A DNA stretch of 63,718 bases, the filler included, from Reclinomonas americana ATCC 50394 (Eukaryota), in the NCBI GenBank assembly GCA_048213135.1. It is 6 parts of 6 records of this genome, joined end to end, with 100 filler letters (N's around TTAATTAATTAA, not from the genome) between each part and the next. Parts side by side here need not be neighbours in the genome. Positions count along the whole stretch, not along the records: positions 21,697 to 47,766 come from PS015873.1; 5 more parts are not named here. One strand, written 5' to 3'. The translations under genes and the position numbers were made by a program. The notes beneath the pieces were generated by a model. That model was not told the DNA's origin. It made no database searches and saw only the letters and a list, made by a program, of their open reading frames with translations. This document shows positions 27,601 to 40,616 of this stretch, piece after piece; position 1 is the stretch's first letter; each line of letters starts with the position of its first letter.

Positions 27601-29352
27601 CAAGAATGGAACACTGCACGTCATCAACGAACTGCAGTCAGAGTCGGTGAATTCCCTGTTTTGCTTGGAATGAGAAGAGCGAATCGTCTCGTTGCTGATT
27701 CGTGTACATCTGCAGCCCGGACCGCTGCCGAAAGGCTACAAGTTTGCCCTGCTCTACCTGTACAAGATGTGGTACGACACCAACGTCATTTATCACGTTG
27801 CGCATCCATCATCCTCGTCACAGCATGATATTATCACCGCTGTTGTTTCTCACCTGGGCTCGCGCATACCATGTGACAGATGTTTTGTGTCGGCTTTTGC
27901 GTGCTCGGCTTGACCGTGCACGACTTCTTCTTCGCGTTCCACCTGCTGGATGTGGTGGCCAAGTCCAAGGTGCTGCAGAGTGTCGTGCGTTCCGTCACCA
28001 AGAACCTCGGCTCGCTGGTCGTCACCGTTGCGTCACCACCACCACTGCTGTCACTGCATCTACTTCTCAGCGTGTGAATGACCATCGTTTTGTGGCTGCA
28101 GTTGCTGCTCGGCGTGTTCGTGGTCTACATGTTCGCCATCATCATGTTCATGTACTTCAACAACCAAGTCAAGACCGACCTGGCCGACAGCGGTGTCACC
28201 TACATGTGCTCGACTCTGCTGTCGTGCTTTGTCATGCTGTTGAATTTTGGGTGCGTGGTTGGTCCTGCACGATGTGATGCATCGCGCGGGTGTTGTTGAC
28301 ACGCGTGCAATGCAGAGTGCGCATGGGCGGCTCCATGGAAGACATGTTTGGCGTCTACGTGGGCGCTGCGCGTGTCGTGTTCGACATGCTTTTCTACATT
28401 CTCCTCATCATTATTCTGCTGAATCTCATCTTGTGAGTAGTCCACACATGCATGTTGCGGAAGTGGATTGTCATTCTCACTGCTTGGTTTTGTTGCATGA
28501 TCTCAGCGGTATTATTCTCGACACTTTCGGCGGTACGTTCTGGTGTTGTGTACACTGTCGCGCTCTTCTTCTTGGTGCTTACGCGCGGGGGGATTGCAGA
28601 GCTTCGTGCCGAGCGTGATGCGATGCTGAGCGATCAGGAGAATCGCTGCTTCATCTGCCACCTGGATCGATCAATCTTTGAGCGTGCCGCCAATGGTGAG
28701 TCGCAGGCAGGTGTCGTGGCACTCTCCGCACGTATCGACTCACACCTTATGCGCAGGCTTCGAGGAGCACATCAAGCACGAGCACAACATGTGGGCCTAC
28801 GTGGCGTTCCTCACCCATGTGCATCTGACCATCTCCACCGAGTACACGGGTCTCGAGCAGTATGTCAGCGAGCTGGTGCGTAACAGGAGAAGGAGGTTGC
28901 ACGTGATGTTATCTCATTTCCACGCGCGTCGCAGGTGGAGAGACGTGACATTGGGTTCTTCCCGGCCGAGCGAGCGTTTGTGCTGGAGCAAGTGCATGCC
29001 AGTGGTCTGTTTTTTTGCTTTCTATCTCTTTCTCCCTCCCGCACAAGCTAACTGTGTGCATACACAGCGCACGAAGAGCGAGCAGACGAGGACCATCAAT
29101 CGAATAACAACTCGCAGCAGAACGAGTCAATGTCGAACACCGCAGCCACGCCATCGCTGGGCTCGACGACGGTGCGTCAGCTGTAGCGCAGCAACCCATG
29201 GTCACTGTTCTGCATGTAGTAACATCACTCCTGTGCATGTGCAGGATGTGGCGGCCATGACCTCGACTGCACTGGTGGAAGAGGTCCAGCGAATGGCCAA
29301 GCGACTAGACGCCATCTCCCATCATCTGCAGACACACATGACAGGCAGATGA
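21696..29352 (+). CDS. IP3 receptor/ryanodine receptor family Ca2+ release channel, 5'-partial, about 30 introns
   Basis: RIH-associated [56 protein letters not shown]6 [54 protein letters not shown]. Confidence 0.93.
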
Positions 29353-30384
29353 CGCGTTTCCATCTACAACCAATACTCCTCTTCTTCTATGTTTTTTTGT
29401 GAAGAGNNNNNNNNNNNNNNNNNNNNNNNNNNNNNNNNNNNNNNNNNNNNNNNNNNNNNNNNNNNNNNNNNNNNNNNNNNNNNNNNNNNNNNNNNNNNNN
29501 NNNNNNNNNNNNNNNNNNNNNNNNNNNNNNNNNNNNNNNNNNNNNNNNNNNNNNNNNNNNNNNNNNNNNNNNNNNNNNNNNNNNNNNNNNNNNNNNNNNN
29601 NNNNNNNNNNNNNNNNNNNNNNNNNNNNNNNNNNNNNNNNNNNNNNNNNNNNNNNNNNNNNNNNNNNNNNNNNNNNNNNNNNNNNNNNNNNNNNNNNNNN
29701 NNNNNNNNNNNNNNNNNNNNNNNNNNNNNNNNNNNNNNNNNNNNNNNNNNNNNNNNNNNNNNNNNNNNNNNNNNNNNNNNNNNNNNNNNNNNNNNNNNNN
29801 NNNNNNNNNNNNNNNNNNNNNNNNNNNNNNNNNNNNNNNNNNNNNNNNNNNNNNNNNNNNNNNNNNNNNNNNNNNNNNNNNNNNNNNNNNNNNNNNNNNN
29901 NNNNNNNNNNNNNNNNNNNNNNNNNNNNNNNNNNNNNNNNNNNNNNNNNNNACATGCATCTCACATCAACATCACAATGCACACAAGAAGAAGAAACGAA
30001 GACTGTGCGCGCGCAACGTTGCTGTGGCATACAAGATAAACACAGTGGCCGACTTCATCAGTGCGGCCTTGGCCTCGCGGGCCACACTTGCACCCTCGGG
30101 AAGCACACTTTTTGACAATCAGAGAAAGAAAGCTCACAGTCAGAGAGTATAAGAGTGCGAGAGCATGCATATAACACGAAACGCTTTGAGAATTCTCTGC
30201 ACAACAGCCTTGGGCAAGTCGAGGTCTGACATTGCGTGATTATGATGGTTTGCCTCAGGACAGTTTCTGGCCGCGAGCACCTGATTGTGGCGGGAACAAC
30301 GGGGTTCTGATACTCAACTCAACTCCGCAGCGTTGTTGTTGGAGCGCGCGCTTCTTGCTTGCTGTCGCGTCTCTCGCTTCCCAG

Positions 30385-32667
30385 ATGGCTACAACGATCT
30401 CATTGACCGTGCCGAAGGTGCGTGTGACTGTGTGTGTTTCCCGCGCAACTTGTTTGGTTTCTCTCTCTCTCTCTTGTGTCTCACTCACGCGCTCTCTCTC
30501 TTCTTGTGTGTATGTGCAGATGTCGGTGACGGCCATGGTCTCCAAGGCCGATCAATCGTTGCGTGTCTTGTGCTGCTGCTTGAGACATCGCGCGCGCAAA
30601 AGTGGAGATGGCGCTCTCTTTCCTCTCTGCGCGCGCGCTCTCTCTCTCTATTCACTCACTCACACTCGACTACGCGCCACAACAGAACCTTTGTGCAAAC
30701 CGCGAAGAAGTTTGTGCTCGGTGCGTGTGTCTGTGTTGTCGCACATGCCACTCTCTCTCTCTCCACAGCACACTCCTCATCTTGTGACACACACAGAGAA
30801 CAAGGTGATGGCGGTGGCCGCTGCCGTGTGCCTGTTGCGTACTCGCCTTCTTTGTATGCGCATCTCTCTATGTGTTGCACTCATGATCGCGCTTTTATTG
30901 TGCTCAGTGGAGGAGGCGCGTTCATTGTGCGTCAGTTGTACGACAAGCGCGATCGTCCACTGTCGAGTGTGGCGACCATGGCGTCGGCGAATGAGAAGCC
31001 GAATGTGAAGGTCGACAAGCTCTTTGCCAAGCGCATCATTCGCATCCTGCGCATTCTCTTCCCGAAGCTCTACGGAAAGGAAGTCGGCATGCTGGTACGC
31101 TGCTGCTGGTTTTCTCTTTGTTGGTGTTGTCTGGTGTTGTTGTTGTTCACCGCTGCTGAATAGATGTTCCTGTCGGCGTTGCTGGTCGGCCGCACGTTCC
31201 TGTCGGTGGAGATTGCCGATCGCATGGGAGATGCCGCCAAGTCATTGGTCGATGCATCGTGGGAGCGCTTCCTCGGTGCTCTCGCCAAGTTTCGTGTGTC
31301 GCACCCTTCGTTCACAGCACAGCGCTCACTCCCTTTCCCACCGTTGCAGGATTGTCTTGGTGTGCATCCCGGCGAGCTTTATCAACTCGTTCCTGCGCTT
31401 CGCGACGCAGAAGCTGTCGCTGCTGTTCCGCCGCAACCTGGTGCGCCGCATCCACCAGGACTACCTGACGGACCTGACCTTCTACAAGGCCGCCAACATT
31501 GGTCGCCAGCGCATCGACCAGGCCGATCAGCGCATCACTCAGGACATTGAGAAGTTCTCGACGTCCATCAGTGAGCTGTACACCAGCACCTTCAAGCCCA
31601 TCCTCGACGTGGTGCTCTTCTCGCGCAAGCTGGCCCGCTCGGCTGGCCCCGAGGGTCCGTTCCTCATGTTCCTCTACTACTTCCTCTCCGGCACTCTGTT
31701 GCGCTCCATTACGCCACCGTTTGGCAAGCTCACCTCGGAGGCACAAAAGCTGGAGGGCGAGTTCCGCAACTGCCACTCGCGCCTCATCCGCTCCTCGGAA
31801 GAAATCGCTTTCTACGGCGGTGCTCCCCGCGAGCGTGAGATCATCAACGGTGCCTTTGACGACCTGTACCGACACGAGTCAAGCATCTACAAGAAGCAGG
31901 GCATCATGGGCGTGTTTGAGAACGTTGCGTGGTGCGAGGGTGCAGTGTGGAGCAGGCATCACAATTTTATCTCATCTTTCCCCCCCTTTTCCTCCCGCAG
32001 TTCTTTGTCAAGTACGCCGCCTCGTTGGTGGGCTACGGTATCTGCGCGCTGCCGGTGTTCGGTCCGGGCGCTGCCGCCAACCAGACGAGCTCGAGCCGCA
32101 CGCAAGACTACGTCACCAACACGCAGCTGCTGATCAACTTGGCGCGCGCCATTGGCCAGTTGGTCATGTTGTACCGCCGTGTGATGACACTGGCCGGCTT
32201 CACCTCGCGTGTGTCGGAGCTGCTGGAGACGATGGGCAAGAAGCACGAGACGCTGGCGCTGGAGCTGGCCGGCATGGCCGACGATACGCCGCCCACCGAC
32301 CCGCAGGACGTCAGCGACCCGAAGGTGGCTCGTGCGCGCCGCGCAAGTGGCGTGCCGGTGCCGGGCGTCTACCGCACTGGCGAACTGATCAAGTTCGAGC
32401 ATGTCGACATTGTGACGCCCGACCGTACGGTGCTGGCCACCGATGTCAACTTTGAGATTCGCCCCGGCACCAACTGGCTCATCTCGGGACCCAACGGCTG
32501 CGGCAAGTCCAGCCTGTTCCGCATTCTCGGCGGTGCGTGGGAGGGGGCGGAAGGGATTGGAGTGTGGGGGAAAGTGTTTTCACTTTGAGTGTCTGCAGAG
32601 CTGTGGCCGCTGCCGTGCGGCGTGGTCACCAAGCCGGATGCCAACCAGATCTTCTACATTCCGCAGG
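30385..32667 (+). CDS. Peroxisomal ABC half-transporter, subfamily D; 3' part lost in gap
   Basis: DQRITQDIEKF, KPILDV, EGEFRNCHSRL..SEEIAFYGG (EAA motif), LAGFTSRVSEL, Walker A GPNGCGKSSLFR, FYIPQ. Confidence 0.93.
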
Positions 32668-33029
32668 TGAGAGTGGGAAAGGGATGGAGGGAGTGAGATC
32701 TTTGCTGAATCATTCATCATTGTGTGTATTTCANNNNNNNNNNNNNNNNNNNNNNNNNNNNNNNNNNNNNNNNNNNNNNNNNNNNNNNNNNNNNNNNNNN
32801 NNNNNNNNNNNNNNNNNNNNNNNNNNNNNNNNNNNNNNNNNNNNNNNNNNNNNNNNNNNNNNNNNNNNNNNNNNNNNNNNNNNNNNNNNNNNNNNNNNNN
32901 NNNNNNNNNNNNNNNNNNNNNNNNNNNNNNNNNNNNNNNNNNNNNNNNNNNNNNNNNNNNNNNNNNNNNNNNNNNNNNNNNNNNNNNNNNNNNNNNNNNN
33001 NNNNNNNNNNNNNNNNNNNNNNNNNNNNC

Positions 33030-35265
33030 AAACACACAGCGCGAGGCTGATTTCCGCGCGCTTGCGCCTTTGGTGCACGACAACGTGCCTTTTCATGTGA
33101 TTCTGTTGCCTCGGCGACCGGCCGAACCCATCATTGAGTCGGGTGGCGATGAGGAGGAGGAACAGGAGGTTTTGTTTTCTTGTGATGCCTTTTTCCTTCA
33201 TTGTTGTTGTTGTGTGCTCACTGGCGATCGAAAAGGTGGCTGCACCGGCTGTGGCAGCAGTCAGCGCATCGTGTGCTGTTCCTCCGCCACTTCCACCCCC
33301 AGTGCAAGCATCGCAAGCACCTCCTGTGCAGTCGCCAGCAGCAGCGCCAGCAGCAGCAACACCGCAAATGGAGATGCTGCGCAGTGTGTTCCCGATGTAC
33401 AGTGAGCCGGTGAGCTGATGTCGCTTGTCGCTGGTGCTTTCGCACACTCCTTCTCACTCGCGGGCGGAGTGCAGGTTCTGCGGTTCGCGCTGGAGGCGGC
33501 CAATGGCGATGCCGAGATGGCCTCGAACTTCCTGTTCGAGAACAGCGTCGACGACATTGAGGCCGAGCTCGTTGCGTGATCCGTGGTGATACTGTTGTTG
33601 TTGTTGTTGTTGATTAAACTCATGTGGTACTGTTGTAGCGTGCACGAGCGATGGCTCAGCAGTTTGCGCACATGACGCCGCAGACGGCGCAGTTTGTGCG
33701 GCGATGCCAGACGTACGCTGCGCAGGTCGGATCGTACGAGGATCCGGCGATGCAGGCTGCAGCACGTGCTGCGATCCCCGAAGAGGAACTGCGGCGCAAG
33801 GCTGCGCAGCGTTTCCAGGAGCGTGCCGAGGGAACCGGTCACCCGTCGGAGCGCGACTATTTCGTTGCGTACGCGTGCTGCTGCGTTGTGTGGCATTGTT
33901 TTTTCTGCTTCGATTGCCCACTTCCGCTCGTCACGTGCAGATCTGCGAACTTCTTCGCTGGTTCAAGCACGAGTTCTTTTCGTGGGTGAACCAGCCGCCA
34001 TGCTCCACATGCAACGTGTGTCCATCCTGTTGTCTGCTTTCGGACTCGGTGTGTGTTGTTCATCTAGTGTCGCTTCGCTTCGCAGGCCGGAACCAAGCTA
34101 CTGGGTGGTGCCGCGCCACTCCCGGAGGAGGCACGATATGGTGCCGGTAATGTGGAGGTGCGTACGGGTAGTAGAGGCGTTCAACTCTCAGTGAGATCTC
34201 TGCTTACGCTGTCGATGGCGTGCTGCAGGTGTATCAATGCAATGTGTGTCACGGTGAGTGCAGACAGTCGTGGGAATTGCTTCACCCCTTGTGCGCATGT
34301 GTGTAAGTGATGCTCACGGGTGCACTCAGCAATCACGAGGTTTCCGCGCTACAATCACGCCGGAAAGCTGATCGAGACTCGTCGTGGACGGTGTGGCGAG
34401 TGGGCGCAGGTGCGCTTTGATAAGTGGAAGCCCCATCTCTCTTGTCTCAGCCTGATTGACTCTATGCAGGCATTCACTCTCTGCTGCCGCGCCATGAATA
34501 TCGAGGCTCGGTGTGTTGCGCGCAGTTCTCTCCTGCTGTGCGAGCTGTCGCTTCTCTCACTTATCTGTGTTGTCGCAGATTTGTTCTCGATTTCACTGGC
34601 AAGTTGTTGTGCTTGGGGAGTCACGTTGTTGTCCATCGTTATCATTCCCCTTGCTCCGCACATTGCAGATCACGTGTGGACGGAGGTGTACTCGGAGGGC
34701 TACGGCCGGTGGATCCACACGGATCCTTGTGAAAATATTTTTGACGCCCCGTACACGTTTTCGTTGGCTGCACCAATCACCTCCTCCTTTTTATCGGTGA
34801 CTCACAGAGCAATGGTGCATGCAGATACGAGTGCGGCTGGGGAAAGAAGTTGACGTATGTGCTGGCGTTCTCCAGTTGCGATGCACTCCGTGTCCTTCCC
34901 GCATGTGATGCCACCGAGTTGTCATTTTGTTGTCGGCATGCAGAGGACGAGGCAGTGGACGTGACGCGCCGCTACACCAAGACCTTGAATCACGTCTTGA
35001 TGCGGCGCACCGAGGTCACCGAGCAGCAGTGTGCCGAGATCATGACACGCATGACACAAGCAATCCGCCGACAAGGCCGTCACTCGGCCGAGCAGTGTGC
35101 TGCACTCGATGATCGATTGGTACGTTTGTGCTTGCACTTCCGTCGCTTCACAGCTCGTTGCTGACGTGAGAATTGCAGCGGCGGGAGCAGGACGAGATGG
35201 AGCACCAGACGAGGGAGCATCTGAAGGCCGAGGAATTGCGCACGCGCATCAGTGGTCATGAGTGA
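33030..35265 (+). CDS. PNG1: Peptide:N-glycanase with upstream CUE-like domain, 5'-partial
   Basis: LLRWFKHEFFSWVNQPPCSTC, RFPRYN, RRGRCGEWA (catalytic Cys), DFTDHVWTEVYS (His), WIHTDPCE (Asp), YECGWGKKL, DVTRRY. Confidence 0.92.
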
Positions 35266-35381
35266 TGGGTGTGTCAAATATCATGGAGTGCCAGCAGCAG
35301 TGAAGGGTGTCATGTCAGGGTATTTGTTTTTTCTTTTCATCAAATAAGAACAATCGGAGGGGGAAACGAGCAACGCATGCC

Positions 35382-37403
35382 TCAGCGCCGTCGAGTCATA
35401 CCAGCGTATGGACTCGCGGCGGACGGAGCGGCAGCAGAGGCTTCGGGTGTGGCGGGAGGCGACATTGATTGTGAGGGAGCCAATGCAGCAGCAGCTGGGG
35501 CAGCGACAGGAGCAGGAGCCGCTGCAGCCGGTGGGGAGGCGACGGGCGGTGCAGCTGCTGGCATCTGGTACCCGTATGGCGCGCCGTAACCGACTTGTGC
35601 CTGCGGCGGGTACCCGTACACTGGCGGCGGGTAGTACGACTGCTGATAGCCTGGTGGGGCCTGAGAGTACGCTGGTGGCGCAGCTGCGTACGCTGGCGGT
35701 GCTGGGTACTGCGGGTAGCCGTAATAGTGTTGTTGCTGAGGGGCGGCAGACGAAGGCCGTGGTGGGGGCATCGAGGCACCGTAGGCCGCAGCTCCAGCGT
35801 CGCTGTTGGCGGGCACTGTGCAACACAACCACGAAATGAGCATAGGAAAACATGATGGCTACGCTGTGCTTGATAGGCTGACGCACCCCAGCCCGTGGGC
35901 GTCTGCACGTAGGTGACAGCCGGTGCCGCTTGCTGCACGGGTGCGCCCGCGGGATAGGCGTTGTACTGGCCGAGCTTGAGCTGTTCTTGAATGCGCAGCG
36001 CCTGCTCCACATTGCGCATCACTGCGTTCATGTCGACAGGCGGAGGAACAATGCCACCAGCGGCTACGGCTGGGGCGCCAGCGTACGGGTACGACTGAAC
36101 AACCACATTGACTGGCGCTGGCGGAGGCGGCTGAAGTGCATTCAGCACCGGTTGGGCCACAGCAGAGGCCGCCGCACCGGCAGCCGTCGCCAGTGCGGCG
36201 CCCACCCCAGCGACAGTGGGAGCCGTCGTGGTCGACGACGACGATGCGGCGTGCGAGGACGCACGCTGCGCGGCAGGTGCAGGCTCATACGGCCGACCCT
36301 CCTTGTAGGCCTCGAGACGACGGCAGATTTCATCTGCCACGATACACAAAGAGTCAGCCACGGAATGGAGGGGGGTGGTGACGAGAAGATGGTGCGCGCA
36401 CCAAACGCAGGTCGCTCGGTCGGATCATTCTGCCAGCAGTCCTCAATCAGCTTGACCAGCTCCTTTGGCCACGTCGGCTGCATCGGCGGCCGGTCGCCAC
36501 GCAGCACTCCAATGGCGATCTGCAGCACGATGCGCAATGACGAATCGCTCCCCGAAAGGAAGACACACGACCTTCACGAACCTGCGTCGCACTCTGGTCT
36601 TGGAAGGGGATCTGCTCCGCCAGGCACTCCCACAGCATCATGCCAAACGCATACGAATCCACCGCCTGCGCTNNNNNNNNNNNNNNNNNNNNNNNNNNNN
36701 NNNNNNNNNNNNNNNNNNNNNNNNNNNNNNNNNNNNNNNNNNNNNNNNNNNNNNNNNNNNNNNNNNNNNNNNNNNNNNNNNNNNNNNNNNNNNNNNNNNN
36801 NNNNNNNNNNNNNNNNNNNNNNNNNNNNNNNNNNNNNNNNNNNNNNNNNNNNNNNNNNNNNNNNNNNNNNNNNNNNNNNNNNNNNNNNNNNNNNNNNNNN
36901 NNNNNNNNNNNNNNNNNNNNNNNNNNNNNNNNNNNNNNNNNNNNNNNNNNNNNNNNNNNNNNNNNNGTCTCTTGTCTGGATGACTGACTGATGAGAGAGA
37001 AGAGTGAGAGAGTGAGAGTGTGTGTAAGGAGAGTACCTTGATAGCGACTTTGCTGCCATTCCACTCGCCTTGGAACACCTGGTTGTTCAAGTCAGTGAGT
37101 GAGTGTGGCCATGGCCAGTCAACTCCCGCTCACTCTCTCCTCTTCTCTCTCATTCTCTGTCTTTGTCTTTGTCATGTACGTGTGTGTCTCTTCTCTTCTG
37201 TGTCAACGTACCTCGCCAAAGGAGCCTTCTGAGAGCGGTCTCGGGTCAATCTTGACCTCTGTGAGAGTGCGCGCGGAAGATTTGTCTTGTGTAAGAGACA
37301 CGCACACGCTCTCTCCCTCTTGCGTGTTGTGTAAGTGTGTGTGTGTGTGAGTGTGTGAGTGAGTGTGTGCGAACGTACCTCGCGCATCCACCCAGAAGGT
37401 CAT
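35382..37403 (-). CDS. TKL-group protein kinase with Pro/Ala/Tyr-rich C-terminal tail (catalytic core partly in gap)
   Basis: LSEGSFGEVFQGEWNGSKVAIK; VDSYAFGMMLWE..IPF; RPPM..LIEDCWQNDPTERPAF. Confidence 0.85.
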
Positions 37404-37636
37404 GAGAGGCGACTGTGAGATAACAGAGTGACGGAGGCGAGTAATGCGCGCACAGACAGGAGGAGACAATGCTTCCTCTCTCTCTCTCTCTTGTCTCTCT
37501 CTTGTGTCACTCTCTCCTGTCGCCCTGACACTGCTGTGATGCGATGGATGACGAGTCGGCGGACAAGCGATTGTCGACGTCTTCAGTTTTTATCGATTTT
37601 GCCCTCTCTCTCTCCTGTGCTCATCCTCGCATCATC

Positions 37637-40516
37637 TCAAAAGTCCTCGCCATTGAGGAACTTGTCGAACATGTAGTAGGCGCGCGCTGGCCGGGTGGCG
37701 GGCACCATGTGGCCGGCGTCGCGGACTGCATGAATGAATGGAAATTGAGTGCACGAGAAAGAACTACTTGTCGCGGAATTGCAAACGCAACTTGTGGTGT
37801 AGGTGAGGCCGCGGAACTTGGAGACGTAGCCGCCCACTTGCTCGTCAACGTACCACGGACGGTGGATCTCGGTCTCGGGGAGCTGCAGTGCGGCGATCCA
37901 AGTGCGAGTGCCTGCATGCAAGCGATAAGACTCCACAGCATTTTCTTCGTCTCCTCCCCCCCACTCACCCTCAAACGGCACAATGCCGTCGACGTCGCCG
38001 CTGTACACCAGAATCTTGATGTTGGCGTTGGCGATGAGGTCGCGGTACACCGGCAGCATCGAGGTCAAGAGATCGGCGCGCGAGTATTGCACAATGTCGG
38101 AGCAACCGACCCACTTCATCGACGGCACGCCGAGAGCGGCCTGCACGTCGGCGCGGTTCAAGTACTGCGTGACGTAGTTGTCGATGCACGGCGGCGCCGG
38201 TGCGCTCAGCTTGTTCTTGGCCTCGAAGGGCACACGGTGCGGCGAGCGCGGTGTCTCCGACAGCAGGCGCAGGAGTCGGGTGGCCGGGGTCTCCGAGCGC
38301 GGGTTGCAGGCGTCCGTGTAAATGTCGTAAATGTCAATTGGGCTGTGTGCGACGTGAGCGTGGGAGGCGAGAAGAAGGAGAAAGAGAGGGAGAGGGAAGT
38401 TCAACGCAACCCCATTTGCGTCATGGCCATGTTGGTGGCCTGGTCGCACTTGTCGTCGTCGACAGTGGAGCGGCTGAGCACGTCCACCGACTGCTCCGAG
38501 AGCGGGCCGATGATGTTGAAGTCTGCAACATGGCGGAGAGAGTGAGAATGATAATGGTAGACGACACACACGAGGGTGAGGAGAAATGGAACACGAAACC
38601 GCAGTACTGCATCATGTTGTTGCGCGTCTCCAGCTCGATCATCGCATGACCGTACCAGTCGTCCACACAGCCGCGGTTGTCCATGTACGCATCCTGCGTG
38701 CGTGGACGAAATGAGAAATCATCAAGCACAGCACATTCTTCCATTCATCCATCCATCCTTCGTTCTCGAAAACACGCACCGTCCACGGATTGCCGACCAT
38801 GAAGCCGGCCAAGTTGATGCGGCTGGTGCTGTTGAGGTTGTTGTGGTAGATGGTCGACGCCAGGTTAGGCACGTAGTGACCGCCGTACGACTCGCCAGTG
38901 ATCCAGAACGGCAGCGAGCGCAGGCTGGGGAAATTGTTGAAGAAACCCTGCAGGAAGGTGTACTCGTCGTCGGCGGTGCGGCGATCACCCTGTCGTGCCC
39001 TGCGTGAGTCCACTGGAGCGAGGTAATGAAAGGCACACTTCACTGCCGCACGCAACGACAACGTAGTCGGCCGACACCTTGGAGGTGCTGAAGCCGACGC
39101 CAGCGGGCGACTCGACGAACACCATGTTGGCAATCTAACGCACGCAAACGCACGCACATTGTGAGAGGGAGAGAGTGGAGAATGAGTGAGACTGCGCTGG
39201 TTTTGACCGCACCTTGTTCCATGGGTACGGCGCGTTGACCAGGGAGTTGCCGCTGTCGCTGGGCCAGAACGGACCGTTCTCCGCAAACGCTGGTACGCGA
39301 ATGCCGACAAAGGGGGGAACGAGGGGGGAAACGCACTGTCAGCACCCGGTGGAAATGGGAGAGGAGACGGAGAAGGAGGAGAGCGTGAGCTACTCATCAA
39401 GAAGCGAGCTGCATCCGGGTCCGCCCGTGTTCCACAACACCACACTGCGCAGAGTCGGGTGTCAACATCAAATGGTGGAGGCGAGAAAGACGCGGACACA
39501 CGCAACGGGTCGGTCTTGGGGTTGCTCAGCGACTCAAAGTACATGAAGAACAGCTGTGTACACAACAGCGCGTAAGCCAAGAAACGCATGGCAGGGCAAG
39601 CAGGCGAGTGGTGTACGCAACCTGTCGCTGGTGCGTCGCGTCCACCGTGATGTAACCACTGCGGAAAGGAGATGAGCGAGAGAGGGGAGAAAGAGAAGAA
39701 AAGAGAGTGAAGGGGAAAGGGAGGTGAGGGGAGCAAAATAGAGAAGAGAAGAGAGAGAGTGCGAGAGTGGAGAAGCGCGAAGTGAGCAGACAGCGGAGAG
39801 AGAAAGAGAGTGATAGAGAAGGGAGAGAGTGATACGAAGAAGCCAAGCAAGAGAAGTGAGATGAGAGAGAGAGAGGGAGACGCATGCAAGGAGGAGAGAA
39901 CAGAGGCGAGAAGGGAGTGGAGAAGGAAGAAAGGAAGGAGAGCTCTCTTGTTGAGAGACTGTGTGTGTCTGCGTGTTTTCTCTTTCCTTCACACTTTTCT
40001 CGCCTGCATTCCGATAGCGAGTAATGTAAACTGCACTCTAAAGAGCGCTCTCCTCTCTCCTACCTCTCTTCACACAACAACTCCAGTCAAGTTGCACAAT
40101 AGAAAGAACCCCCAAAAGCAAAAAAGTCCGAATGCATTACTTCTCACTCTCCATCACCATGCACCATCACACACCTGAAGCACTGCCAGTGTGCCTTGTG
40201 TGTGCAAGTGCAAGTGCGTGTGCATGTGAAGAAAGTCCGAGAAATGAGGAGTCCAGTGCATTAACGCGTGCATTTTCACCGCACGCACTCCGCGAGAGAG
40301 AGAGAGAGGCACACAGAGAGACAGCAGGAGAGAGCACAAGTGCGCGTGTGCGTGTGTGCGTGAGAGAGAGAGAGAGAAACGCAACGCATACACATTTCCG
40401 GGATAACCCGCCGGCATGCCAGGCAACGACACCTTCTTCACCGAGTCCGCACTCACCCCCAGTGCAACTGCCACTGCCACCACCACAAACACACACAAAA
40501 CAACCGCGCGCGACAT
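37637..40516 (-). CDS. Serine carboxypeptidase, family S10, with signal peptide
   Basis: GGPGCSS..ENGPF, NMVFVESPAGVGFS, GESYGGHYVP (Ser), YSGDVDGIVP (Asp), RDAGHMVP (His). Confidence 0.95.
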
Positions 40517-40616
40517 TGACCCCACGACTCACTTCTACGTTCAATTGGGTGAAACCCTTTGTAATTCCGTAGCACTAGCGGTAACCCCATCGCAAACCCT
40601 TTCTCTCAGTGCTTGA

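Noticed and set aside
32667..33030. ABCD-PNGase fusion
   Set aside because: An N gap intervenes; the missing ABC domain end is probably inside an under-estimated gap
39293..39397. U12-type intron
   Set aside because: Donor is ATGAGT, not ATATCCTT, and no CCTTAAC branch site is visible
39662..40385. ncRNA in the unusually long first carboxypeptidase intron
   Set aside because: Mostly CT/CA microsatellite-like; no convincing snoRNA boxes or structure by eye; an Rfam scan would be needed
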